DNA of 64,000 bases from Anaerohalosphaeraceae bacterium (GTDB taxonomy: Bacteria > Planctomycetota > Phycisphaerae > Sedimentisphaerales > Anaerohalosphaeraceae). Positions 18,974 through 29,195 of this stretch are shown here, one piece after another (the first letter of the stretch is position 1; every line of letters begins with the position of its first letter). The notes below the pieces were generated by a model. That model saw nothing but the letters and a program-made list of their open reading frames with translations. It was not told the origin of the DNA and made no database searches. A program made the translations under genes and the position numbers. Location of the stretch: contig CAXXSL010000016.1 of NCBI GenBank assembly GCA_963675525.2, forward strand, positions 160,001 to 224,000. Direction: 5' to 3'.

Positions 18974-19594
18974 TTACACATACACTTTGCGTCGCCGCAG
19001 CCATCCCACGAAAAAAGTACCTATTCCCGCAAGGACTAACGCGCCCGGAACCGGGACAGGGTTAATCATGATCAATTGATCCTGTACGAAACCCCCGTAG
19101 ACCTGACCGTCAAAATATTTGAATAGGTTGGCTATCCGAACATCGCCCAAACCGGACCACACTCCACTGGATACAGCACTGTTTGCGATTGTCACATAGC
19201 TGTTGCTTGTGGTAATTTCACCTTCAATAAACCAAATCGCATCCTGAATTTTACGCTGGTCCTGAAAAGCAGCGTCACCTGTTGCATACTTGGTATAAAG
19301 GTAGGCCGAACGAGCATCCAGCGTATCCGGGCTTCCACCGCCAATACCGCCGTCAAGAGCTTCTGTATTCAACACCGCATAGTACTTGCTGCCCGGTTTA
19401 AAATATTCATCTCTTTCGACGCAAAAGGTTAAATCCTTAAGAATCGTTCCGGCCGCATATCCGGCAAAGCCGTCTTCGAGAATCTTCATTGAGTAGGCCG
19501 GCGTAGAATCATATAACATCTGAATGGTTTCAGCTCCAAAGGCCGGAAAAGCAAAAAAAGCCGAAAATGCGCACACCAAGATTATCTTTTTCAT
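18974..19594 (-). CDS. Secreted protein with PEP-CTERM-like (VPxPGA) exosortase sorting tail
   Basis: Signal peptide; TFCVE and IQDAIW motifs; C-terminus VPVPGA, TM helix, RRRK. Confidence 0.85.
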   Translation of the reverse strand: MKKIILVCAFSAFFAFPAFGAETIQMLYDSTPAYSMKILEDGFAGYAAGTILKDLTFCVERDEYFKPGSKYYAVLNTEALDGGIGGGSPDTLDARSAYLYTKYATGDAAFQDQRKIQDAIWFIEGEITTSNSYVTIANSAVSSGVWSGLGDVRIANLFKYFDGQVYGGFVQDQLIMINPVPVPGALVLAGIGTFFVGWLRRRKVYV

Positions 19595-19761
19595 AGTTTT
19601 CTCCCTTCATTTTTTATCTTACTCTTTTCCGTTTTCATATTCTCGGTTTCAACAGAAAACGGACATTTAAATCTTTATTTCTTTACATCCAAAGCCAAGC
19701 AGGGTTCACACCTTTTTCTAAAATAAAAATAAAAAACTGTGGGAAAATCCTTGCCCCCTGC

Positions 19762-19788
19762 ATCACTGAAAGGAACCCTTTCAGTGAT
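19762..19788. promoter_or_regulatory. Perfect 12-bp inverted repeat upstream of the PEP-CTERM-like gene
   Basis: ATCACTGAAAGG-AAC-CCTTTCAGTGAT; function unknown. Confidence 0.5.
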
Positions 19789-19943
19789 AGCGATGATATA
19801 AACACTACTCTAAAACATCCTTTATAACATAAAAAGCTGTGTTTATCAACCCAAAAAGGGGAATTGGAGGCCTTTTTAAAAAAAACCGCGTAGGGTTGTA
19901 TGGATTCTGAGGCTTGTGCAATTTGTGTAAAACATAAACGCTC

Positions 19944-19977
19944 AAAAAAAAGGCAGGTTCAATTAAGAGCCTGCCTT
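19944..19977 (-). terminator. Intrinsic terminator of the phosphomannomutase operon
   Basis: AAGGCAGGTTC/GAGCCTGCCTT stem with a poly-U tail on the minus strand. Confidence 0.75.
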
Positions 19978-19998
19978 AACGTCTTTTTAACAGTGTGA

Positions 19999-21378
19999 TC
20001 AATGATCAACAGGTTCGCCGAGAAGGCCCTTCAATTCACCAAATTTTTCTTCGAGCATCTCGGCGGTTTTGGCCTCAACATTCATCCGCAACAGCGGTTC
20101 GGTATTACTGGGCCGGACATTAAACCACCAGTCCTTGAACTGAACGGTGACGCCATCCAGATCGTCAACCTGCCCCTGACTGTACTTGCGGGACAGCTCC
20201 TTCATCATGGTGTTTTTGTCGTCCACTTCAAAATTCACTTCGCCGCTGTTGAAATAGCGTTTCAGCGGAGCAATCAACTGACTGGCCAGGGTGTCTGTTG
20301 CGCCCAGGATATTCAGCATGTGCACCAGCGTAATCATGCCGGAGTCGGCATAGAAATTGTCCCGATAATAAAAATGACCGCTTAATTCGCCGCCAAAGCA
20401 GGCATGGCTGTCCCGCAGTGTCTTCTTCATAAACGAATGACCAACCCGTTCACGCCGAGGTGTTCCGCCGTATTTGAGAATTTCTTCCTGCAAGACGTGG
20501 CTGCTGCGAAGGTCATAAACAATTGTCGAGCCGGGATTCGTCTTTAGAAAATACGGAACCATCAGCGCCGTCATAATATCACATGACACGGTATCGCCCT
20601 TTTCATCCACCATCATCAGCCGATCCGCGTCACCGTCAAAACAGAATCCAAAATCTGCCTTCTTTTTAACTACTGTTTTTTTCAACTCTGCGAGATTTGC
20701 CTCTACCAACGGATTCGGGTCATGCTTAAATGTCCCGTCATGTTTAAGATTTAATCCGATCAGTTCCACACCTTTCAGGTCACCGAAAATAATCGGCACC
20801 ATTTTGCCGGCCATGCCGTTACTGGCGTCGATCACCATCTTGATCGGTCTGAGCTTTTCTTCGAGGAACTTCAGAACATGTGCCTTGTATTCCTTTGACA
20901 GATCGCAATGCTCGACCGAACCGTCGGGGCGCCCCTTAGTGTGCAGCAGTGCGGTGGCAATATGTTTGACATCATTGAGTCCGGTGTCTGCCCCAACGGG
21001 TTTGGCCAACTGGCCGGAAATCTTGAACCCGTTATATTCAGCCGGATTATGGCTGGCAGTCACCTGCACGCCGCCGCAGGTTCCCAAATGGTTAATCGCA
21101 AAGTACATCTGAGGCGTGTCGATCATGCCCACATCAATGACGTTGGCGCCTGTGGCATTCATGCCCTCGATCAAGGCTTTCGTCAACGACGGACCGTGGG
21201 TCCGCATGTCATGACCGACGCAAATGCTCTGGGCATTGGCCAATCCGCGATTATAACCGTGCAGCATCGACCGCAGGAACTGGGCGGTGGCATGACCAAT
21301 CTTCCAGGCCGCCTGCTCGTCCAGTTGATCCGGGTAAAGCCCGCGAATATCATACGCTTTAAAAATCTTGGGATCCAT
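19999..21378 (-). CDS. manB: Phosphomannomutase/phosphoglucomutase
   Basis: IFKAYDIRG, VTASHNP, FDGDADR, GGELSGH, VRPSNTEP. Confidence 0.93.
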   Translation of the reverse strand: MDPKIFKAYDIRGLYPDQLDEQAAWKIGHATAQFLRSMLHGYNRGLANAQSICVGHDMRTHGPSLTKALIEGMNATGANVIDVGMIDTPQMYFAINHLGTCGGVQVTASHNPAEYNGFKISGQLAKPVGADTGLNDVKHIATALLHTKGRPDGSVEHCDLSKEYKAHVLKFLEEKLRPIKMVIDASNGMAGKMVPIIFGDLKGVELIGLNLKHDGTFKHDPNPLVEANLAELKKTVVKKKADFGFCFDGDADRLMMVDEKGDTVSCDIMTALMVPYFLKTNPGSTIVYDLRSSHVLQEEILKYGGTPRRERVGHSFMKKTLRDSHACFGGELSGHFYYRDNFYADSGMITLVHMLNILGATDTLASQLIAPLKRYFNSGEVNFEVDDKNTMMKELSRKYSQGQVDDLDGVTVQFKDWWFNVRPSNTEPLLRMNVEAKTAEMLEEKFGELKGLLGEPVDH

Positions 21379-21475
21379 ACTTTCAACTCCGATTCAAATT
21401 CGTTCGTTCATTTTTTCACAAGAAAGGCTTTTAGTCTAAGCGCAAAGCCCTAAACTGTCAACAAAACTCCCGAAA

Positions 21476-22429
21476 TCAATAGGCCTGCAACAGCAAAAAA
21501 ATCCCATAAAGCCCTAACAGAATCGCTCCTTCCCAGCGATCCAATTTGTGCCGTTTCCCGGTAAACATACAGAGAAACAGGATTCCCGCCGCCACAATTC
21601 CGGTCAGGAGACTAACAACCAGTTCGGCCGACACCGCCAACGGGCGAATAATTGAACTGATACCGAGAATAAAAAAGACATTGAATATATTGGAACCCAC
21701 GACATTGCCGACGGCGATATCCGCTTTTTTCTTCCACGCCGCGACAACAGAGGTTGCCAGTTCGGGCAGGCTTGTTCCCACGGCCACCACTGTCGCCGCG
21801 ATAAAGGCCTCGCTAAGCCCGGCCGCTGTGGCCAGCCTAACCGCACCTTCAACCACGGCTTTGCCCCCGGCAATCAACAGCGCCAACCCGGCCGCAATCA
21901 TCAGAATGGTCTTCACCGGGGAAATCGACATCCCATGCGAATGTTCCGAAAGGCCAGGCAATTCATGCGAAATGCCGACGGTGTAATACAGGAAAATAAC
22001 AAAGAATCCCAACAGCGAGATGCCTTCGGAACGGCTTAAAACCGAGATTTTCACTCCGTCAAGAAAAGAGTCCATGCAAAAAGCCGCCAATACCAAAGAA
22101 GCCAAAAAACACAGCGGGATTTCTTTCCAGACCGTTCCCCGTTCCACCTGCAAAGGATTGATTAACGCCGAAATGCCGAGAATCAGCAGGATATTGGCAA
22201 TGTTGCTGCCGGTTATGTTGCCGATTGCCAGCGCCGGCTGATTTTCAAACGCCGCAAAAACGTTGACGGTTAACTCCGGCAGGCTCGTCCCGAACGCCAC
22301 CACCGTCAAACCAATCGCCAGCTCTGACACCCGCAGCCGCCGGGCAATGGCACAGGCCCCATCAACCAGCCAGACCGCCCCGACGATAACACCTGCCAGC
22401 CCCGCAATCAGCAGTAACGCAGCCGCCAT
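21476..22429 (-). CDS. Calcium/sodium antiporter (YrbG family)
   Basis: Two GTSLPEL alpha repeats, GNxxGSNIxN twice. Confidence 0.93.
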   Translation of the reverse strand: MAAALLLIAGLAGVIVGAVWLVDGACAIARRLRVSELAIGLTVVAFGTSLPELTVNVFAAFENQPALAIGNITGSNIANILLILGISALINPLQVERGTVWKEIPLCFLASLVLAAFCMDSFLDGVKISVLSRSEGISLLGFFVIFLYYTVGISHELPGLSEHSHGMSISPVKTILMIAAGLALLIAGGKAVVEGAVRLATAAGLSEAFIAATVVAVGTSLPELATSVVAAWKKKADIAVGNVVGSNIFNVFFILGISSIIRPLAVSAELVVSLLTGIVAAGILFLCMFTGKRHKLDRWEGAILLGLYGIFLLLQAY

Positions 22430-22439
22430 AAAAACCTCG

Positions 22440-22907
22440 CTAATCTTCTACCGGCGCTGCTTTTCCTTGTTCAACAAAACGCAGCACATCCAGACGCACT
22501 TCCTCAAGCTTCAAGCCCAGATTACCAAGAATCTGTGCGCCCCGGCCCTCTTTTTCATACAGCAGCGCTAGCAACAGATGCTCAGTGCCGATATAACCGT
22601 GCTTGAGCTTACGGGCTTCCTCGACCGCATCGTCAAGTAACTCATTGGCATGGCGGGTTCGGGGTAAGGCGGGAAGTTTTTCGTCGATTTCCGGACTACC
22701 TGGGACAACCAATCTTTTGACCTCTTGTTTAGCGTGTTTCAGGTCAATATTCCGATGTGCAAGAATATCGGCCCCCACGCCCGTTTTAACCTCAAGCAAC
22801 CCCAGCAGGATATGCTCGGTACCGATGTGATCATGATGAAACTTCTGGGCTTCCTGCCGTGCATGAGCCAAGACCTCACGTGCGTGGTCGGTGTACTGCT
22901 CAAACAT
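22440..22907 (-). CDS. Stand-alone Clp N-terminal repeat domain protein
   Basis: MFEQYTDHAREV, HIGTEHILLGLL, YIGTEHLLLALL; no AAA+ domain. Confidence 0.88.
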   Translation of the reverse strand: MFEQYTDHAREVLAHARQEAQKFHHDHIGTEHILLGLLEVKTGVGADILAHRNIDLKHAKQEVKRLVVPGSPEIDEKLPALPRTRHANELLDDAVEEARKLKHGYIGTEHLLLALLYEKEGRGAQILGNLGLKLEEVRLDVLRFVEQGKAAPVED

Positions 22908-23181
22908 CTGACTCTCCTGATGTAAAATAGGGCTATAATTCTATTTAGCTGATTCGTCGGGATATTGTACAATGCCGGGGCAAATTTGCAATCTCCTTTT
23001 TTATCCCCCCAAGGAGGCAAATATACTGTAAGCCTTCCGAAATGCCGGTCTAATCAAGGCGGTACCTATTAAATTCCAAAATCTTCTTTTTACTTGCAAA
23101 CAACCGGATTTTGACTATATTGTCAAAATTCGTTAATTACTTAAAAAACTAGGTTTTTTGTTCAAAACTACAGGTGAGAGA

Positions 23182-25401
23182 ATGAGTTTAGTCAAATGGA
23201 TCCGAAAAAACAATCGTAAGATCATGGTTTTTGTCGTTATCTTCTGTATGATCGCCTTCGTCGTCGGCTATACCGGATTGCAGATCATTTCCAGCGTATT
23301 CGACCCCGGCAGACAGGCTGTCGCTCATTATGATAACGGTCAAAAAAAGATGCGAATCAACGACCTCAGGGCGGCAAATAACGAATTGTCCATACTTCGC
23401 ATGCTCCACTCGGACCAAATAACGGCCTCCCAGGGATTATCCGGGGCGCTTCTGTCCCGTCTGATCTTTCCGGAATCCCCGCTGGCTAACGAGATGGCTT
23501 CTCAATTAAAGCAGCTCGTCCAGCAAGGTCAACTGGCGCTGAGCCTTGAAGAATTGAACGCTTACTTTAACCAACAGCCGGAACGTCCGGAAAACCTCTG
23601 GATCCTTCTGAAAGCAGAAGCCTACAGGGCCGGGACGATCGTTTCGAGTGAACAGGCCAAAGATGTGTTGCGAAATATTGTTCCTCAGATGATGGGCATT
23701 GATGCGGCCCAATTGGTCGCACAAATTATCCGCCAGAACAACCTGACCGAAGAACAGGTTATCCGTACATTTGCCGATTTGTTAAGCATCCTTGAGTATG
23801 CCAACACCGTCATTAATAATGAGGCGGTCACACTGAATCAGATCAAGGCTTCTATCGGGCGCAGCAAAGAACGTCTGGACGCCGAATTCGTTCGGATCCC
23901 TGCCGGGTTGTTCGTGGATGAAAACGCCGCTGTATCGGACGCCGATATTCAAAAACAGTTTGAGGCCTTCAAGACATTTATGCCGAATAACCCGACTGGG
24001 GATAATCCTTTCGGCTTCGGCTACCGGCAGCCTAAACGCGTTCAAGTGGAATATATGGTGATCAAGACCGACGATGTGAAGGCGCAGATCGATGCGCCAA
24101 CCAGCGAAGCCATGGAAAACTATTACAGCCAGAATATTCAGCAATTCCAGCAACAGATACCCATTGACCCCAACAATCCGGAGTCTGAAAAAACCACTGT
24201 TGTTCGTCCGTACGCTGAGGTACAGCGGGAAATTCGCCAGATCATCGAAAATGAGAAAGTCCGTAATCTGGCATCGCTTATTTTCAATGAAATGAAAAAC
24301 ATCACGGAGTTGGGATTTGAAAAAATTTCCTTCGATGAAGCCTCGGCCGATCAGCTTCAGATGGCGGCGGGCGATTATGAAGCTACCGGGCAGGAAATTC
24401 TGAAAAAATTCCAGGTGCCGGTCACTGTCGGCAAAACAGGCTGGTTGTCGGCTGAGGATTTCCAGCAGAAAGAAATCTTAAGAACGATGCGGTTGCAGAC
24501 CCAGCAGCGCAATCCGATCAAACTTCTGGATCTGGTATTTATCGCCAGTCCGGAAGCCAAACAAACCGCTCGGCATATCGGACTGCCGACCATTCGACTC
24601 TGGCAGAATATCGGCCCGGTCGAAGGGTATGCTCAGGAACAACAAAAATTTCATCCTTTGTTGGTCTTGGTTCGCGTTATCGGGATTGAGGATGCGGCGG
24701 TTCCGGAAAGTGTGGATGTCAGCTTTGATACAAAAGGTATTGCGCTCTTCGAGGACCCTGATGCCCAACACAGCTTTTCATTAAAAGAGTACGTCAAAGA
24801 AGACCTTCTGCTGGTAAAGGCCATGGAAACCGCCAAAGCCCGCACCGAAGAACTGAACAATCTCATAGAGAGCAAAGGCTGGGATGAAGCAGTCAAGAGC
24901 TACAACGCCACGTATGCTAAAGACGGAGGCGACGAAGAACCGAAGGATCAGGAAATACAACTGGAAAAGGCCGAACAGCAGCTTCGTGCCTCGGCGGCGG
25001 AAGTCGCATTCGCCAAAAAATATATCCAGGAGAATCCCGCTACTGCCATATACATGCAGCAGCGCATCGTCGCCGACATGCTGATCGAGCAGTTTTATAA
25101 CCTGCTTCCGGATGGTTCCGATTCGACCGGGGCAATCCATCAGATACTTGCTTTTGAGCCGGAAGCAGCATATTATGTGATCAAAGAAGTGGTTCGTCAG
25201 CCGGCCACCATATCCGACTATCTGGATAACAAAGCAAACACCGCCCTTCAGTTGAATATGCAGGATGCCCCCGTGTCGGCAATGATGCTTTTTGCCCCGG
25301 ATAACATTTTGAAGCGAATGAACTATCAGCCCAAAATTGAAAACGAAGTAGAATCATTGGATGAAACTATAGACGAAGTTACAGCTGAACAGAAAGAATA
25401 A
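23182..25401 (+). CDS. Large membrane-anchored periplasmic protein, PpiD/SurA-like chaperone
   Basis: N-terminal WIRKN plus TM helix; YRQPKRVQVEY, ENYY, PYAEVQREI, VGKTGWLS resemble PpiD. Confidence 0.65.
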   Translation: MSLVKWIRKNNRKIMVFVVIFCMIAFVVGYTGLQIISSVFDPGRQAVAHYDNGQKKMRINDLRAANNELSILRMLHSDQITASQGLSGALLSRLIFPESPLANEMASQLKQLVQQGQLALSLEELNAYFNQQPERPENLWILLKAEAYRAGTIVSSEQAKDVLRNIVPQMMGIDAAQLVAQIIRQNNLTEEQVIRTFADLLSILEYANTVINNEAVTLNQIKASIGRSKERLDAEFVRIPAGLFVDENAAVSDADIQKQFEAFKTFMPNNPTGDNPFGFGYRQPKRVQVEYMVIKTDDVKAQIDAPTSEAMENYYSQNIQQFQQQIPIDPNNPESEKTTVVRPYAEVQREIRQIIENEKVRNLASLIFNEMKNITELGFEKISFDEASADQLQMAAGDYEATGQEILKKFQVPVTVGKTGWLSAEDFQQKEILRTMRLQTQQRNPIKLLDLVFIASPEAKQTARHIGLPTIRLWQNIGPVEGYAQEQQKFHPLLVLVRVIGIEDAAVPESVDVSFDTKGIALFEDPDAQHSFSLKEYVKEDLLLVKAMETAKARTEELNNLIESKGWDEAVKSYNATYAKDGGDEEPKDQEIQLEKAEQQLRASAAEVAFAKKYIQENPATAIYMQQRIVADMLIEQFYNLLPDGSDSTGAIHQILAFEPEAAYYVIKEVVRQPATISDYLDNKANTALQLNMQDAPVSAMMLFAPDNILKRMNYQPKIENEVESLDETIDEVTAEQKE

Positions 25402-25409
25402 ATGATATC

Positions 25410-25871
25410 ATGAATTCGAACCGTTCAAGTGCTGATCAGGGATTGAGGTTGATCATTGTCGCCCTTGTCGCCTGGGTCATTCCCGGAGCCGGTCATTTTC
25501 TGATAAAAGAACGCAAACGCGCCGTCATCATCTTCGTAACACTCACCGCTTTGTTTCTTTCAGGCCTCTATATCGGCTCGATCAGTGTCGTTAATCATGT
25601 GAACTCCAGACTCTGGTTTTTGCCGCAAATACTGTATTCGCCTGCGGTCGGGCTGCTGTCTCAAAAAGTCCAGGCCGGATTTACCGACGACAACGGCAAT
25701 CATATGGAATACAACTGTTACGGGCGTCCCTGTGACATCGGGCAGATCTATACGGGTGTGGCGGGCCTTTTGAACCTGCTCTGTATTTTGAGTGCGGTGT
25801 ATATGGCTTACTGCGGCCGCGGACAATTGATCGGCCGCGAAGAAGAACAGGAGGAGCAGGGGCATGCATGA
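25410..25871 (+). CDS. Membrane protein (PGAGH motif, DUF6677-like)
   Basis: AWVIPGAGH, GQIYTGVAGLLNLL. Confidence 0.7.
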   Translation: MNSNRSSADQGLRLIIVALVAWVIPGAGHFLIKERKRAVIIFVTLTALFLSGLYIGSISVVNHVNSRLWFLPQILYSPAVGLLSQKVQAGFTDDNGNHMEYNCYGRPCDIGQIYTGVAGLLNLLCILSAVYMAYCGRGQLIGREEEQEEQGHA

Positions 25872-26112
25872 CTTTTCTCCGATCCTTGCGGCGTTTACGG
25901 CCCCGCTTAATGTCCAGACTGACTGGGTCTCAATGCTCTACATGTTTCCGCTTCTGGCTGCGATTACCATCATTTATAAAGCTACTAAAATGCGGGTGCT
26001 TTTCTGGAAGCAGTTGGCCGTCGAATCGGTGGTCCTCTTCCTGGCCGTCAGCGGATTTATGATTGGCGCCGTCATTGTCCTGAATCTGATCACTTGGCTG
26101 ATTACAAGCTAA
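25864..26112 (+). CDS. Small two-TM membrane protein
   Basis: FPLLAAITIIYKATK; overlaps the upstream stop. Confidence 0.7.
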   Translation: MHDFSPILAAFTAPLNVQTDWVSMLYMFPLLAAITIIYKATKMRVLFWKQLAVESVVLFLAVSGFMIGAVIVLNLITWLITS

Positions 26113-26118
26113 GACGCC

Positions 26119-26826
26119 TCAGCTCTCCGTGGACACCTTGTCCTCGATGAGTTTCAGTTCGAGCAGAGCGTTATAGGCGGCCTTTTGTTCCGCGTCTTTT
26201 TTAGTTATCCCCCAGGCACCCGGGTATCGGTAGTGTTTGATCACCACGGCCACTTCAAAGCATTTGTTGTGGTCCGGCCCCTTTTCGTCCAGCAGCTGAT
26301 ACATCGGCGTTAGATTGAATTCTTTCTGGCAGTATTGCTGCAGGAGAGATTTAAAGTTTTCCTGATGCTGCTTCGCATCGGCATCATCAATCAGCGGATC
26401 AAAAACACTTAAAATAAACGTCTCGGCCGCATCTATTCCACCATCCAAAAAAATGGCACAAATGACCGCTTCCAGGACCGCCGCCGCAATCGAACCGGAC
26501 ATCGCCCGGGTCCGATCCATTCCCTTGCCCACACGAACATAATCCGGAAGCCCCATGTTGTTGGCGATGAGTGCACAAGTCTTTCGCGAAACCAGACGGC
26601 TTTTAATCTTTGTCAGGTCCCCCTCCAGATAATCCGGATAACGTATAAAGAGAGTTTTGCAAATCACCAGTGACAGCACGGAATCGCCCATGAACTCAAA
26701 TCGTTCATTGCTGCTGAGGCGATCGTCGGCCAGAGAGGAATGCATCAGCGCTTCATCGAGTAATACGGGGTTTTTGAATTGATACTGCAAAAGCGACTGC
26801 ACCTGCCGCAGGGTCTCTGTGTCCAT
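26119..26826 (-). CDS. rnc: Ribonuclease III
   Basis: ALMHSS, NERFEFMGDSVL, EGDLTK, dsRBD NFKSLLQ..GPDH..KKDAEQKAA. Confidence 0.95.
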   Translation of the reverse strand: MDTETLRQVQSLLQYQFKNPVLLDEALMHSSLADDRLSSNERFEFMGDSVLSLVICKTLFIRYPDYLEGDLTKIKSRLVSRKTCALIANNMGLPDYVRVGKGMDRTRAMSGSIAAAVLEAVICAIFLDGGIDAAETFILSVFDPLIDDADAKQHQENFKSLLQQYCQKEFNLTPMYQLLDEKGPDHNKCFEVAVVIKHYRYPGAWGITKKDAEQKAAYNALLELKLIEDKVSTES

Positions 26827-26991
26827 CAACTTCTCCAGATTGCCGTTGTACAAGCAGATTGCGAACGCCGCCTTCAATGAGCGATGTTCGAAATGTGCTT
26901 GCGATTCATTAAAACAGAACAATTATTATATCATAAACAGACCGGTTGTCAAGCATTAACCGACCTGTTGCGTTTAAGGCTCAATATCAAT

Positions 26992-27327
26992 TTAGTTGAC
27001 CATTTGCAGTGAAGCCAGAGCAATAAACTGATCTTCTACAAAATCAAATACAGTGTCCAGACCGGTCACCGAAAATATGGACCTCGTTTTGGGCTGAACA
27101 GAAGATAAAACCAGTTTCTGACCATTGTCGCACAAGCTTTTTCGGAGTTTCAGTAACTTTGCGATACTGGACGATGTGACGATATCTACATCGGCAAAGT
27201 CCACAACAACGTCAACATCTCTATCGTCGTTTACCAGCGAGACAACCGTCTGCAACTCTTCGCTCATATCCGGCTCTTTGGCAAGATTGACCAGAATGAT
27301 CTCTTCGGACCAGTTTTGAATACCCAT
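26992..27327 (-). CDS. STAS-domain anti-sigma-factor antagonist
   Basis: VVVDFADVDIVTSSSIAKL, IFSVTGLD. Confidence 0.88.
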   Translation of the reverse strand: MGIQNWSEEIILVNLAKEPDMSEELQTVVSLVNDDRDVDVVVDFADVDIVTSSSIAKLLKLRKSLCDNGQKLVLSSVQPKTRSIFSVTGLDTVFDFVEDQFIALASLQMVN

Positions 27328-27638
27328 ACGAATCTCCTGCATATATCAAAGATTATTTTTCTGTGAGACATATCGGCATTGAAATCGCTGAAATTAATGT
27401 AAAAACCTTAAAAATGCCTTTTTTAAAGCTGAATACGAATTATTTATGGAAAATCCGCCATCACCCGCCTCTTTGAAACAAGATTTTTTTATCTTGAATT
27501 AAGCGACTTATCGGACTTTTTCAGGATTGCCCACCGGATCGCCTTGCCTGGACCTCTCATTTCGATTATAATGAAACAATAATAAGGATTTCGAATTTTA
27601 TCCTGAATTGGGGGCCTAAAAACATCGAAACTAATAAA

Positions 27639-29195
27639 ATGATCTTTCGATTGTTATTTTTCAGAAAGGCAGGCTGCGGCGTGAGATCCCAAAAACGTTT
27701 TTTCATAAATGTGTGTTGTCTTCTTTTTCTTATCGGGTTTTCCGTATTAGCCAGCGCCGAAACCGTCAATTGGCAAGGCCCGGCGGGAATCATCTTTAAA
27801 AATGTTCACTATCCCGACAAGCAGCAGACAAAGACGCCTGAGTCGTTTTCGCTTTTCAGTGCGCCGGCCGAAGCAACCGACACTGCCCCTTACCCGGTAC
27901 CCCCACTGGCGGGTTTTTCACCTTTGATCGTCATTGCAACATCAGATAAATATACTTTGAGTGATGACACTTATGAGCATGTACTTCAAAGCAGTTACGT
28001 CGGAAATCCCTTAAATCCACCGCTCGCAGAAAATTATATCGTAGGGATTTATGACAGCGGAGCAGAGGTTGACCTCTTTGCCGGAAGTCACGCTGTCACA
28101 CTTGGATTAACCGGTTCGAAATTAACCGGCAGTTCCTTTCCGATCGGAGGTGTCGGCGGCACAATTGACGCGACAATCTCCGAACCCGTAGGAATATTCG
28201 CCGGAAGCCTGGGGCTGATCCAGTCAAACGGATTGCTTAACAGCAGCGGACTTGTCGGACACTCAAACGTGGAAGCTATCGTTTCACCTGCGATTTCCTG
28301 TGATTCCGGTGAATCTATCAGCGGTGTTGTCGGAACTCCTTTCATCAGCTTTTATACAGCGGTTATCCGCAATGACTATATTCATAAAGTATTCTTCGAT
28401 GGTCAGAATCTGGCCGGCCCCGATGTTGAAATCCTCGACCCTGAGGATCCGTCCATTCCTGACTATTCTCACAAGATAGCCATGAGTCTCAGCGGGTTGG
28501 CAACAACTGCCAACTACTATCCTGACGAGATATTTGGCTTTCCGACCGGATTAGCTTTTCCAACATTACTTTCCATCGCAGGAGGATCACTTCCTACGGG
28601 CGGAAAATTTGTCGCAACAATTTATGTGTTGGAAGGAACCCCCGGACCCACGAATATCATTCAGCCCATGAAAGTGATGGTGGATACCGGCGCCCAAAGC
28701 TCGATCATGACTTACGGCATGGCTGCCAATTTAAGTTTGCCCCTGCAAGGTGACTTTACCGTTGATATATGCGGTGTGGGCGGAACCGAACCCAATATCC
28801 CGGGGTATTTCGTGGATTATGTCAAGATCAACGCTCTGGGCGGTGCATTGGAATTCTCAAATGCTCCGTTTGTCGTCGTCGATCTGCCGCTGCAGGACGC
28901 ATCGGGAAATTATTTAGACGGCGTTCTGGGTATGAACTTTTTCTGGAATCGTAATATAGTTTTTGCTCCGAATCTGTTTGGCAGCGGTTTTCTGGAAGTT
29001 TCCGACCCGGTGCCTTACGGGAATGCGGATTTTGATTTTAACGGGACTGTCAACCTCATCGATTTTTCCATGCTGGCGTCGGCCTGGGCCGGCCAGCAAA
29101 CGGAGCCGGAATACCTGCCAGTTTGTGATCTGTACCTTGACGGGATGATCGACATGCAGGACCTTGAGGCCTTTATGGCACACTGGCTGGAGTGA
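27639..29195 (+). CDS. Secreted double retropepsin-like aspartyl protease with C-terminal dockerin-like domain (start may be GTG 27681)
   Basis: Signal peptide; YDSGA..GVGG..GVVG and VDTGA..GVGG..GVLG; tail DFDFNGTVNLIDF..DLYLDGMIDMQDL..WLE. Confidence 0.8.
   Translation: MIFRLLFFRKAGCGVRSQKRFFINVCCLLFLIGFSVLASAETVNWQGPAGIIFKNVHYPDKQQTKTPESFSLFSAPAEATDTAPYPVPPLAGFSPLIVIATSDKYTLSDDTYEHVLQSSYVGNPLNPPLAENYIVGIYDSGAEVDLFAGSHAVTLGLTGSKLTGSSFPIGGVGGTIDATISEPVGIFAGSLGLIQSNGLLNSSGLVGHSNVEAIVSPAISCDSGESISGVVGTPFISFYTAVIRNDYIHKVFFDGQNLAGPDVEILDPEDPSIPDYSHKIAMSLSGLATTANYYPDEIFGFPTGLAFPTLLSIAGGSLPTGGKFVATIYVLEGTPGPTNIIQPMKVMVDTGAQSSIMTYGMAANLSLPLQGDFTVDICGVGGTEPNIPGYFVDYVKINALGGALEFSNAPFVVVDLPLQDASGNYLDGVLGMNFFWNRNIVFAPNLFGSGFLEVSDPVPYGNADFDFNGTVNLIDFSMLASAWAGQQTEPEYLPVCDLYLDGMIDMQDLEAFMAHWLE

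Noticed and set aside
19690..19800. c-di-GMP or other known riboswitch
   Set aside because: I could not match the conserved cores by eye; kept only as an unexplained palindrome.
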